Source of the DNA: Planctomycetales bacterium | GTDB taxonomy: Bacteria; 4484-113; JAFGCY01 | Assembly (NCBI GenBank): GCA_022646745.1 | Contig: CP060262.1 | Coordinates: forward strand, 330,001-362,000 | Reading direction: 5' to 3' | DNA: 32,000 nucleotides | Shown: piece by piece, positions 22,800 through 31,626 of the stretch | Position numbering within the stretch: the stretch's first letter is position 1 | Layout: each line of letters begins with the position of its first letter | Notes under the pieces: model-generated | What the model was told of the DNA's origin: nothing | What the model saw: only the letters and a program-made list of their open reading frames with translations | Database searches by the model: none | Position numbers and translations under genes: made by a program

Positions 22800-23822
22800 A
22801 TGGCGACGATCAGCAGACTCGGATTGCTGCCCTGGCTGAGGCACCTGCGCGGTGAAAGCAGCCAGTACATCCTCGTGTTCAGCGGCGGGCGGCTGACGAA
22901 GAGCGGCCCCGGCCTGGCGTTCTGGTTCAACCCGCTGTCAACGGCAGTGGCCCAGGTGCCGCGTGAGGACATCGAGACCACCTTCATGCTGCGCGAGCGC
23001 AGCTCGGACTTCCAGGAGATCAGCGTGCAGGTGACGATAACCTACCGCGTGCTGGACCATGCGATGGCCGCCGAGCGCCTCAACTTCTCCGTCTCGCTCG
23101 TGAACGGCGCCTGGCTGGAGCAGCCGCTGGACCGGCTGGCCAGCTTCTGGATGCAGCGCTCGCTGAAGAGTGCACGCGACTACATCTCCTCCAACACGGT
23201 GCAGCAGAGCGTGACCGCCGGACCGGGGGCGATAGCCACTGCGATCACCAGCGCGCTGAACGATGACCCGGAGCTGGAGGCGATGGGGCTTGGGCTGGTC
23301 GGCGTGCAGGTCAACAGCGTGTTGCCATCCTCCGACGTGGAGAAGGCGCTGCAGACCCCGACCCGTGAGGCGATCCAGCAGAAGGCGGATGAGGCGATGT
23401 TCGAGCGCCGCGCGATCGCCGTCGAGAAGGAACGAGCCATCAAGCAGAATGAGCTGGACACCGAGATCGAGCTCGAGAAGAAGAATGAATCCCTGATCCG
23501 CAAGAAGGGTGAGAACCGCCGGCTGGAGATCGAGGCCGAGAACGAGGCCGGCCGCCTGACCGCCGAGGGCGACGCCCAGCAGGTGCGCATCCGCGCCGAG
23601 GGCCAGGCCGAGAGCAAACGCATCACTGCCCAGGCCGAGAACGAGGCCGAGGCCGCCCGTGTCGCGCTCTACCGCGATGCCCCGGCCAGTGTGGCCACCG
23701 GCATGGCGCTGATGCAGTTCGCCTCCAAGGTGCGCGACATCCAGCACCTGAACGTCACCCCGGACCTGCTCGGCAGCAACCTGCGCCAGTTCCTCACAGA
23801 CCAGGGCGACACGGCGGAGTAG
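22800..23822 (+). CDS. SPFH/Band-7 (flotillin/stomatin-like) domain protein with C-terminal Glu/Ala-rich coiled coil
   Basis: 340 aa. The SPFH-type N-terminal half is followed by a flotillin-like EA-rich region (EAENEAGRLTAEGDAQQVRIRAEGQAESKRITAQAENEAEAARVALY). gggagga SD lies upstream. No obvious N-terminal TM helix. Confidence 0.75.
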   Translation: MATISRLGLLPWLRHLRGESSQYILVFSGGRLTKSGPGLAFWFNPLSTAVAQVPREDIETTFMLRERSSDFQEISVQVTITYRVLDHAMAAERLNFSVSLVNGAWLEQPLDRLASFWMQRSLKSARDYISSNTVQQSVTAGPGAIATAITSALNDDPELEAMGLGLVGVQVNSVLPSSDVEKALQTPTREAIQQKADEAMFERRAIAVEKERAIKQNELDTEIELEKKNESLIRKKGENRRLEIEAENEAGRLTAEGDAQQVRIRAEGQAESKRITAQAENEAEAARVALYRDAPASVATGMALMQFASKVRDIQHLNVTPDLLGSNLRQFLTDQGDTAE

Positions 23823-23825
23823 CGC

Positions 23826-24770
23826 GTGGAGGGCCACGGCCAGCAGAAACAGCATTCATCCAGCCCGCGCGTGGTGGTTGTCACCCGTCCGACGCGGCTG
23901 GAGGTCCTGCTTGAGCGGCAGGGCACGCTGGGCCAGGCGGCCTTCTACCAGCGCTCCCGCGGGCAGTCGATCGAACCGCTGCAGGCCGAGCATGAGCGCA
24001 TGCAGTCCAGCCTGGACTTCGTGCTCGGGCAGCTGCCCGCCGAGCAGCGCCGCACGCATGTGGACCGCAGTGAGCTGGACCGCTTCCTGTTCGCACCGGA
24101 TGACATCGTGCTGGTGGTCGGCCAGGATGGCCTCGTTGCCAATACGGCGAAGTATCTCAGTGGCCAGCTGGTGGCCGGCATCAACCCGGACTTCGAACTG
24201 TTCGAGGGCGTGCTCTGCCCGCACCACCCGGAGGTTGTCACCGAACTGCTCGCCTGGTGCAGCGGCTCCGGCGAGGCGCAGTTCCGTATGGAACACCGCT
24301 CGATGGCCCAGGCCCGGCGCGAGGACGGCCAGCAGCTGCTGGCGCTGAACGATGTCTTCGTCGGGCACAGTTCGCACCAGTCCGCGCGCTACCGCCTGAC
24401 GAGCGAGGGCCGCGAGGAACGCCAGAGCTCCTCCGGCATCATCTGCTCCACCGGCACCGGGGCCACCGGCTGGGCCCGCAGCATCGTGCTGCAGCGCGGC
24501 ATCGAATCCCAGATGCCCGGACCGCAGGAGCGCCTCTTGGCCTGGTTCGTGCGCGAACCCTGGCCCTCGGTATCCACTGGGGCCGAGCTGAATTTCGGCT
24601 TCTGCCTCGATGGCTATCCGCTGAAGGTAGTCAGTGAAATGGGCAGTGGCGGCGTGGTGTTCGCCGACGGCATCGAAAATGACCGGCTGGAATTCCTCGA
24701 AGGACAGACTGTGGAAATCAGCCCGGCTGAGCATACGCTGAACCTCGTCCTGCCTGCAGCGGAGCACTGA
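23826..24770 (+). CDS. NAD kinase / diacylglycerol-kinase-superfamily protein (NADK-like)
   Basis: 314 aa. VLVVGQDGLVAN corresponds to the GGDG motif, LALNDVFV to the NE/D motif, and SSGIICSTGTGATGWARSI to the Gly-rich STPTGSTAY motif. The GTG start is 3 nt after the SPFH stop, with GGAG in the end of the upstream gene. Confidence 0.65.
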   Translation: MEGHGQQKQHSSSPRVVVVTRPTRLEVLLERQGTLGQAAFYQRSRGQSIEPLQAEHERMQSSLDFVLGQLPAEQRRTHVDRSELDRFLFAPDDIVLVVGQDGLVANTAKYLSGQLVAGINPDFELFEGVLCPHHPEVVTELLAWCSGSGEAQFRMEHRSMAQARREDGQQLLALNDVFVGHSSHQSARYRLTSEGREERQSSSGIICSTGTGATGWARSIVLQRGIESQMPGPQERLLAWFVREPWPSVSTGAELNFGFCLDGYPLKVVSEMGSGGVVFADGIENDRLEFLEGQTVEISPAEHTLNLVLPAAEH

Positions 24771-24864
24771 TCCAGTCAGGCTTCCCGCTGCAATCAGCCC
24801 CGGCAGGCCTCCAGGCGGGCGATCCAAGCCCCAGTATTCCGTTTTGCGTATTCCGCAGCATCGG

Positions 24865-24893
24865 TTAGATTTAAGTTAAATGCCGGGTACAAC
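24865..24893 (+). promoter_or_regulatory. Candidate promoter (TTAGAT-17-TACAAC) overlapped by a 13-nt AT palindrome
   Basis: TTAGAT lies at 24865-24870 and TACAAC at 24888-24893, about 45 nt upstream of ATG 24940. The palindrome atttaa-g-ttaaat occupies 24869-24881. The direct repeat gtattccg occurs twice, at 24834 and 24848, just upstream. Confidence 0.35.
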
Positions 24894-24939
24894 CAACGGT
24901 TGCAGCTGCCTCCAGGCCCTGTGATCGAGGAGCCTAATA

Positions 24940-27900
24940 ATGCGTTTCAATCGGACCAGGATCTACCTTCTGATGTTGTTGCTGATGCCGGCTGTGCTGG
25001 CCTCCTGTGGCGCAGGTGGCGGCAGCGCGGTTTCATCCCTTGATGTAGCTTCACAGCCTTCCCATCCCCTGCAGGACAGTGCTGCGCTGGCGGATGGCCT
25101 GCCAGCCCTCGACCAGCTGCCTGAGCCATCTCGCAGCGCGATGCTCAGCGGACCGGGTTACTTCCCGGTGCCGGTCCTCGAGCAGGGCGTGATGCTGCAG
25201 CGCAGTGGTTCGGTCATGTCCGGCCCACAGGGCATCGAGCTGGATGGCAGCGCAGGCGAGGCCTGGGTGCTGTTCGGGGTCTACGGCTTCGACGGTGACA
25301 GCCAGCCAAACTCGGTGATGGCTGAGGCCACTGATGTGCAGGGCAGCTTCCATATCGGCGTCACGCACTACGCCAGCGGACGCTGGGAGTGGAGCGCGCC
25401 CTTCACCGGCGATGAGGAGCATGAGTACGAGCACGTGGCCCAGTACACCGTGGCCGACCAGTATGTCAGCGAGCGTGGCTACCACTACATCGCCGTGCTG
25501 GCGCCGGAGGGCTCGAGCCTGCTGCTCAGCGGCCTGCAGCTCGGCGTGGACGGCGGTGACAACGCACCCGTCGCGCCGGACTACTTCGAGATCAGCAATG
25601 GTGACGCCGGCTTCCACTTCTGGTGGTACCCCAGCCCGGACCATGACGACCCGGACTTCGCCGGCTACACCATGCAGCGCGCGCTGTGGCCCGGCACCGA
25701 CTTCCAGGACCTCGGCCCGCTCTCACACGAGACCTTCTACCATGACGCTGCAGCCGACCCGGCCCTGCTCTACCGCTATCGTGTGCGTGTGGCGGATGTA
25801 AGTGGCAACTCCAGCTGGGGTTATTCCAACACCCCGGTCAGCGTCAGTGGCGACAACTACCCGGTGCCGGCGCTGGAGATGCCGGCCGGCCCACTCTACG
25901 GCGGGCAGATGGTGACATTCGACCTCAGCGGAAGCTATGACCCCGACGGCGAACCGCTCACTGAATACACTGTCCAGTTTGACAACACGAACGGCATGGG
26001 CGGCGTCGGCCCGCTCACCAGCACCGACCCGCTGGTCAGTGTGCTGCTGCAGCCCGGCTGCTATGTGGTGCAGGCCGCGGCCAAGTCCACCGTCTATTGC
26101 CAGCCGATCGTTGACACGCTGAAGATCTACCCGGCCTGGCAGCCTGAGCCACAGCTGGTGGCCGAGCCCGGCAGCGGGCAGTGGCGCATGCAGTCCAGCC
26201 GCAGCATCTACTGGCAGCAGGGCGACGCAATCGTCACATTCTTCAATGACTACCTCGGCCCCGGCCTCGGCGCGCTCGTGCAGCACGCCGACGGCAGCCG
26301 GGAGATCCTGCAGGTGCCCTACTACCTGTACGACATCGACTGGATCTCCGAGCCCGTGGTCTGGCAGGGCCAGCCCTATGTCGGCGTCGTGTCTGACAAC
26401 GTGATGCTGCTGGCGGCCATCGGGGTGGACGGCCTGCAGTGGGTTGAGGGTGGCCTCGGCTACACCGGCTTTGTGAACATCGACCTTGTGGTGGACGGTG
26501 AGGACCAGCTGCGGGTCTGCACCCTGAATGAATACAACCCGGGGGACTTCGAGGTGCTGGCGATCAATGCCGGCAACCCGCTCGACATCTACACCCTCGA
26601 GTTCATGTCCAATTCCGACGGCCCGTTCGACGTGGAGTGGAACCCGGAATACGGTGGCTTCGAGCTGATTTACACCACGGTCGGCAGCATCCACTGGAAC
26701 CGCACCGATGAGGAGGGCGGCCTGGTTGACAACGACTTCGTCGGCGCGGGCATCTTCGATTCGCTGGACATGGAACTCCATGCGGACGGCAGCCCCGGCG
26801 TGATGGGCCGCTCCGGCGGGTCCTTCGTCTACTTCTCCTATGACGAAGGCACCGCCAGCTGGTCAGCACCGGAGGTGATCGAGCCTGCCGGCCTGAACGG
26901 CAAGTCCGGCGACCTGCTGTTCGATGGCAACGACATGGCGGCCTTCTTCGGCCTGGCGGTCGGCCAGTCATCGCTTTATCGCCGCAACGGCGGCAGCTGG
27001 GACCCGCAGACCGTCAACTGGGCGCTGCTTTCCGGCCAGCACTGTGCCATCGCCCAGTGGCCCGACGGCCGCGTTAACATCATCGACGGCACGGTGGGCG
27101 GCGCGATCTTCATCTCGGACTTCAATGAGGATGGCAGCCACCCGGCCCCGATTGAGGTTCCCTCCGTTTCCTGGGACGGCATTGACTTAAATGCCGTCGC
27201 CGGGGCTGACGGCATCCACGCCGTCTGGCGTGGTGACAACGGTGCGATCCACTACATCGCCGACAACGACGGCACCAATTGGAACGCCTCCACCGGCTTC
27301 GTCAGCAGCGATGCCCTTGAGCTGATGGCGGACGAGAACGGCAAGGTGTTCGTCGGCAACACCCACGGTGCGACCGCCGACCTGTTCAGCTGGTTCGGCG
27401 GTGCCTGGCTGATCGAGGGCAGCTCCAACCGCTGGGGCAGCAGCCTGCCCTACCTCGCCGCCCAGCGTGATGCACCCGGCGGACAATTCATCGTGCAGGA
27501 CGACCTGCCGGTGCCGCCCGCGCTCAGGCACATGCATGACGACGGCGGCGGCTTCCTCGTGTTTGACAGCTACGATTTCGACACGATCCGGATTGACGAG
27601 GGGGTGTCCCTCTTCACGGGCGCCGGACTGATCAGCTTCGTGCGCGGCGATGAGATCCTCGGTTCCAGCGGGCTGGTCGGATTCATCTCCGCTGACGACC
27701 ACAGCTATGCCCACCAGATACACGACTACCTCTACACCAGCAGCGTCGACCTGACGCGCGGCCGCCGGATGGATGCCTGCAACTACCTGACAGGCCCGTC
27801 AAACTCGCACAGCGCATTCTGGGTCAGCGGACTCGAGGACGGCGCTCCCGGCGTGACGCGCTTCCAGGGCAAGGCCTACAACGGCAAGTACAACGTCGAC

Positions 27901-28191
27901 AGCAACACTGCCCTGGCGGACCCGGTCGGCATCGGGGCCGGGCAGATGCAGCACACGCTGTCCGCGGCCCAGGCCTGGGGCCTGACTGCCGTGGCGATCT
28001 CCGACCAGTTCGGCGGCGAGCAGGGCTGGCTGGAATGGAGCAACTTCGGTGAGTTTGAAAGCCTCGCGCTGCCACCGATCGACATGCAGTACACGATGAT
28101 GCACGAACTGGTCGTCGGAGCAGATGGCCGCTGGCACATCATCTACCGCGACAAGCGAGACGGGGCGATCTATGCGATCAGCACCACATGA
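24940..28191 (+). CDS. Giant lipoprotein: N-terminal beta-sandwich, FN3-like and PKD-like domains, then a large propeller-like C-terminal region
   Basis: 1083 aa with lipobox VLASC and a Gly tether. The FN3-like stretch ends in YRYRVRVADVSGNSS. The PKD-like stretch is GQMVTFDLSGSYDPDGEPLTEYTVQFDN. Blade-like repeats carry degenerate Asp-box-like motifs (DNDGTNW, YDEGTASW, RNGGSW). GAGGAG lies 7 nt upstream of the ATG. Confidence 0.8.
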   Translation: MRFNRTRIYLLMLLLMPAVLASCGAGGGSAVSSLDVASQPSHPLQDSAALADGLPALDQLPEPSRSAMLSGPGYFPVPVLEQGVMLQRSGSVMSGPQGIELDGSAGEAWVLFGVYGFDGDSQPNSVMAEATDVQGSFHIGVTHYASGRWEWSAPFTGDEEHEYEHVAQYTVADQYVSERGYHYIAVLAPEGSSLLLSGLQLGVDGGDNAPVAPDYFEISNGDAGFHFWWYPSPDHDDPDFAGYTMQRALWPGTDFQDLGPLSHETFYHDAAADPALLYRYRVRVADVSGNSSWGYSNTPVSVSGDNYPVPALEMPAGPLYGGQMVTFDLSGSYDPDGEPLTEYTVQFDNTNGMGGVGPLTSTDPLVSVLLQPGCYVVQAAAKSTVYCQPIVDTLKIYPAWQPEPQLVAEPGSGQWRMQSSRSIYWQQGDAIVTFFNDYLGPGLGALVQHADGSREILQVPYYLYDIDWISEPVVWQGQPYVGVVSDNVMLLAAIGVDGLQWVEGGLGYTGFVNIDLVVDGEDQLRVCTLNEYNPGDFEVLAINAGNPLDIYTLEFMSNSDGPFDVEWNPEYGGFELIYTTVGSIHWNRTDEEGGLVDNDFVGAGIFDSLDMELHADGSPGVMGRSGGSFVYFSYDEGTASWSAPEVIEPAGLNGKSGDLLFDGNDMAAFFGLAVGQSSLYRRNGGSWDPQTVNWALLSGQHCAIAQWPDGRVNIIDGTVGGAIFISDFNEDGSHPAPIEVPSVSWDGIDLNAVAGADGIHAVWRGDNGAIHYIADNDGTNWNASTGFVSSDALELMADENGKVFVGNTHGATADLFSWFGGAWLIEGSSNRWGSSLPYLAAQRDAPGGQFIVQDDLPVPPALRHMHDDGGGFLVFDSYDFDTIRIDEGVSLFTGAGLISFVRGDEILGSSGLVGFISADDHSYAHQIHDYLYTSSVDLTRGRRMDACNYLTGPSNSHSAFWVSGLEDGAPGVTRFQGKAYNGKYNVDSNTALADPVGIGAGQMQHTLSAAQAWGLTAVAISDQFGGEQGWLEWSNFGEFESLALPPIDMQYTMMHELVVGADGRWHIIYRDKRDGAIYAISTT

Positions 28192-28282
28192 TGTACCCTT
28201 CCGGTTTCACATCCCGGCCAGCCGGGTATCAGGACAGGTTGCCCCTCCGGGGCTCCTGCATTTTCTGTCCAGGAGTATTGAG

Positions 28283-31200
28283 TTGAATACCTATAGATAC
28301 AGGTGGGCGCTGGGCGCCCTTGCATTGTTCACATGCATGGCCATGCTTGGATCCTGCGGTTCCGGCGGCGGCATGCAGCTTGAGCCTGTTTCCAGCACGG
28401 ATGCAGCCGGGCAGGAGTCCTTCAACGGACTGCTGCCTGCCATTGACGAACTTCCCGAGGCTGAGCATGCAGTCAGCATGCTTGGTCCCGGCTGGTACCC
28501 GGTGGATGTCACCGAGCAGGGCGTGCTGCGCCAGCGCAGTGCATCCGGCAGTGTCACAGTGCAGGCGGATGGCGTGCACCTCACGGCGGATTCATCCCCG
28601 GCCTGGGCCCTGTTTGCAGTCTACGGCTTTGACCATGACGCCTTCCCGAGCTCAGTGCGCGTCGAGACCGATGCCGATCCAGGCAGCTACTACGTCGGCG
28701 AGACCAGCTACCAGGATGGCCGCTGGAACTTCGCAGGCCCCTTCGGTGGCATCAGCGAATTCGAGTACCCGGATGCCGGGACCGAGTACGACCCTGACAA
28801 CCACGTCAATCCGATGGGCACGCATTTTGTTGCCATCGTGGCCCAGCCCGGTGTCACGATGGTGCTCAGCGGCATCGAGCTTGGCGTGCACGGCGGCGAG
28901 AATGCCCCGATGGCAAACCTGCTGCTCGGGATTGACTCCGATTCCGGTGACCAGGGGATAGTTATCAGCTGGCCGGACGCAGACGGGTCCGACATTCCGG
29001 ACTACCTCGGGGCCTTCGTGGAACGCTCATTGTGGCCCTCCTTCAGCTTCGAGACCATCGCTGGACCAGTGCTTGACAACCATTTCCTCGATTCGACGGT
29101 GGAGCTTGGCACGAAGTACCGCTACCGCGTCCGCTACGAGGACGTCAGTGGCAATGCAGGCCTGAGCATGTCCATCTCGAGCGTTGCCACTGCTGGCGAC
29201 CTGCCCCCCATCGCCGTGCTGGACATCCCGCATGGCCCGCTGTTCGGCCGCCAGACCGTCAACTTTGACATGTCCGGCTCCTTCGACCCGGATGGCGACG
29301 CGATCACCGAATACCGCGTCGAGTTCGGCATGGGCAGCTTCAACACAGGCATCCAGCCCGTATTCGGCCCGGCCAGCGACTTTGATATCGAGCTGCAGCC
29401 CGGCACTTACTGGATCAGGGCTGAGGTCACGGCGAACGGCAAGACCGGAGGCACGCTTGCCAAGCTGAAGGTCTACCCGGCCTGGCAGCAGACCGCGAGC
29501 ATCGTCTCCCCCGGCCAGAAGGGCGAATGGCAGATGCAGCGCAACCGCGCGATCCACTTCCCGCCGGCCAACGAGATGCTGGTGTTCCATGATGCCCCGC
29601 TGCTGCCCGGTGTCGGCCTGCACATCACCGCGGCCGATGGCAGTATGCGCACGCTTGGCATCCCCTACATGCGCACCGGCGTGCAGTGGATCTCCGAACC
29701 GGTGATCCACGATGGCCGGGCATGGATCGCCGTGCGTGATGACACCACCTTCTTCCTCGCTTCCTACGACGGCAACGAGTTCCGCTGGGCCGACAACTTC
29801 ACGATCGGTGTCGGTGGCGGCTATGAGCAGTGCGACCTGGTTGTGGACGGCGATGGCCGGCTGCGCATGTGCTACCTCTGGGAATTCAACCCCGGCGACT
29901 GGCGCATCGATGCCGTGGACGTGTTCGACTACGACGTCATCCCGGTCAGCCCGACAGCCAACACCAGCGGCTGGTTCGACGTGGAGTGGAACCCGGTGCA
30001 CGGCACATTCGACGTGATCTACCCGATGGTCGGCATCAGCATGTTCCAGCGCCTCGACCCGATCGGCGGCCCGGTTGACAACGAGATGGTGATCGCCATT
30101 GCGCCGAGCTTCGCCGACCTGGAGGTCGACCCGGCCAGCGGCCAGGCCTCCGTGCTTGAACGCATCGGAACCCTGCAGCTGTACATCCCCTACGATGACG
30201 GCGCCGGCATGTTCGGCCCGCCGGAGATCATTGACAACGCAGCTGACAACACCGAGTTCGCTGACCTGGCCTTCATTGACTCCGACCCGACCGTGTTCTT
30301 CGGGCTCAACGCGCTGCCCTCGAACCTGTACCGCCGCAATGGCGGCAGCTGGGACCCCATCAAGGCCACCTGGGCACCCTCTTCCGGCCAGCACTGCGCC
30401 ATCGCCGCCTGGCCTGACGAGACTGTGCAAATCGTGGACGGTACCAACAACGGCGGGATCTTCCTCGCCTCCGTCGATGCCTCTGACAACACCGAGGAGC
30501 TGGACTACATCGAGGGCAGTGTCTACCAGGGCAACAGCCTGCACGCCGTGGCCGGCAATGACGGGCTGCATGCCTACTGGATCATCGGCAACGAAGGCGT
30601 GCACGTGATCGGCAGTGCCGACGGCAAGAACTGGTTGCCTGCGGCTGACAACGGCCCGTCATTCGGTGCCGACCTGATGGCCGACCGGGATGGCGAGGTG
30701 TTCCTCTCCACTTCCTGGGGGGCCAACCACGAACTGCACAGCTGGACCGGTGCGGCCTGGCTGTTCGAGAGCAGCTCGGACACCTTCAACGCATCCCAGG
30801 CCTGGTTCTGTGCGCAGGACAACGTGTTCGGCGGGCAGTGGTGGGCGCATGACCACAGTGTCGCCCCGGCCCGCATCCGCCGCATGCATGATGACGACGG
30901 CATGGCCCTGCTGCCGGACTCCTACGAGTTCGACATCACGAACGTGTTCGAGGGCACCGGACTGCTGACACTGGGTGGCTACACCTCCTTCGTGCTGACC
31001 GGCAACGGCTCCGAGCAGGACGGCAGCGTCGGCTTCCTTGACAACGACACCGCGAGCTACAGTGAGATCATCAAGGGCTTCACCGTCAGTGATGAAATCA
31101 GCTGGACCAATGGCCGCCAGCTGGACGCCTGCAACTACATCGGCGATCCCGGCCTGCCGAAGGAGGCCTACTGGGCCAGCTTCAAGTCATTCGACCTCGG

Positions 31201-31543
31201 GGCCACCCGGATTGAGGGCCTCAACTTCGTTGGCGACATGTCCATTGAGCATGTCGAGGGCTTCGACAGCCTGCTGGACACCCAGACCTTCTCCGGCGCC
31301 CTGACCACCGTCAGCGCGGCCCAGGCCTGGAGCAACACCGCCGTGGCCGTGCTGGACCAGTTCTTCGGTGACTGGCACCGCATGGAGTGGAGCAACTTCG
31401 GTGACTTCGAGGAGATCCCCTCGCCGGGCATTGACTGGTCCATGACCAGCATGCACGAGCTGGTGGTCGGAGAGGATGGCCAGTGGCACCTGCTGTACCG
31501 CGACATGCGCGACGGTTACATCTACGTGATCAGCACTACATAG
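28283..31543 (+). CDS. Giant lipoprotein, paralog of 24940-28191 (FN3 + PKD + propeller-like region)
   Basis: Colinear with the upstream paralog along its whole length and shares the C-terminus MHELVVGxDGxWHxxYRDxRDGxIYxISTT. I place the start at TTG 28283, 7 nt after AGGAG (28271-28275), giving the signal/lipobox ...LFTCMAMLGSC. The ATG 28124 of the ORF track would overlap the upstream gene by 68 nt. Confidence 0.75.
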   Translation: MNTYRYRWALGALALFTCMAMLGSCGSGGGMQLEPVSSTDAAGQESFNGLLPAIDELPEAEHAVSMLGPGWYPVDVTEQGVLRQRSASGSVTVQADGVHLTADSSPAWALFAVYGFDHDAFPSSVRVETDADPGSYYVGETSYQDGRWNFAGPFGGISEFEYPDAGTEYDPDNHVNPMGTHFVAIVAQPGVTMVLSGIELGVHGGENAPMANLLLGIDSDSGDQGIVISWPDADGSDIPDYLGAFVERSLWPSFSFETIAGPVLDNHFLDSTVELGTKYRYRVRYEDVSGNAGLSMSISSVATAGDLPPIAVLDIPHGPLFGRQTVNFDMSGSFDPDGDAITEYRVEFGMGSFNTGIQPVFGPASDFDIELQPGTYWIRAEVTANGKTGGTLAKLKVYPAWQQTASIVSPGQKGEWQMQRNRAIHFPPANEMLVFHDAPLLPGVGLHITAADGSMRTLGIPYMRTGVQWISEPVIHDGRAWIAVRDDTTFFLASYDGNEFRWADNFTIGVGGGYEQCDLVVDGDGRLRMCYLWEFNPGDWRIDAVDVFDYDVIPVSPTANTSGWFDVEWNPVHGTFDVIYPMVGISMFQRLDPIGGPVDNEMVIAIAPSFADLEVDPASGQASVLERIGTLQLYIPYDDGAGMFGPPEIIDNAADNTEFADLAFIDSDPTVFFGLNALPSNLYRRNGGSWDPIKATWAPSSGQHCAIAAWPDETVQIVDGTNNGGIFLASVDASDNTEELDYIEGSVYQGNSLHAVAGNDGLHAYWIIGNEGVHVIGSADGKNWLPAADNGPSFGADLMADRDGEVFLSTSWGANHELHSWTGAAWLFESSSDTFNASQAWFCAQDNVFGGQWWAHDHSVAPARIRRMHDDDGMALLPDSYEFDITNVFEGTGLLTLGGYTSFVLTGNGSEQDGSVGFLDNDTASYSEIIKGFTVSDEISWTNGRQLDACNYIGDPGLPKEAYWASFKSFDLGATRIEGLNFVGDMSIEHVEGFDSLLDTQTFSGALTTVSAAQAWSNTAVAVLDQFFGDWHRMEWSNFGDFEEIPSPGIDWSMTSMHELVVGEDGQWHLLYRDMRDGYIYVISTT

Positions 31544-31546
31544 GTG

Positions 31547-31613
31547 GCAGAAAGCTGAGAGCAGGGAGCAGACTCGGTGTACGAACATGTGAGTCTGCTC
31601 TCTGCTCCCTGCC
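31547..31613. repeat. Heptad hairpin element (AGCAG/CTGCT dialect) directly after the stop codon
   Basis: 31559-31575 pairs with 31591-31607 (17 bp including one G-U) around a 15-nt loop. It shares an 18-mer (17/18) and a 20-mer (20/20) with 19735-19852. There is no T-tract. Confidence 0.85.
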
Positions 31614-31626
31614 CTAGAATAGGGCC

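Noticed and set aside
28124-28282. ATG 28124 as the start of the second FN3-PKD paralog (1139-aa version in the ORF track)
   Set aside because: It would overlap the upstream gene by 68 nt and add about 53 residues with no counterpart in the paralog. TTG 28283 follows AGGAG at ideal spacing and yields a signal peptide/lipobox that aligns with the upstream paralog.
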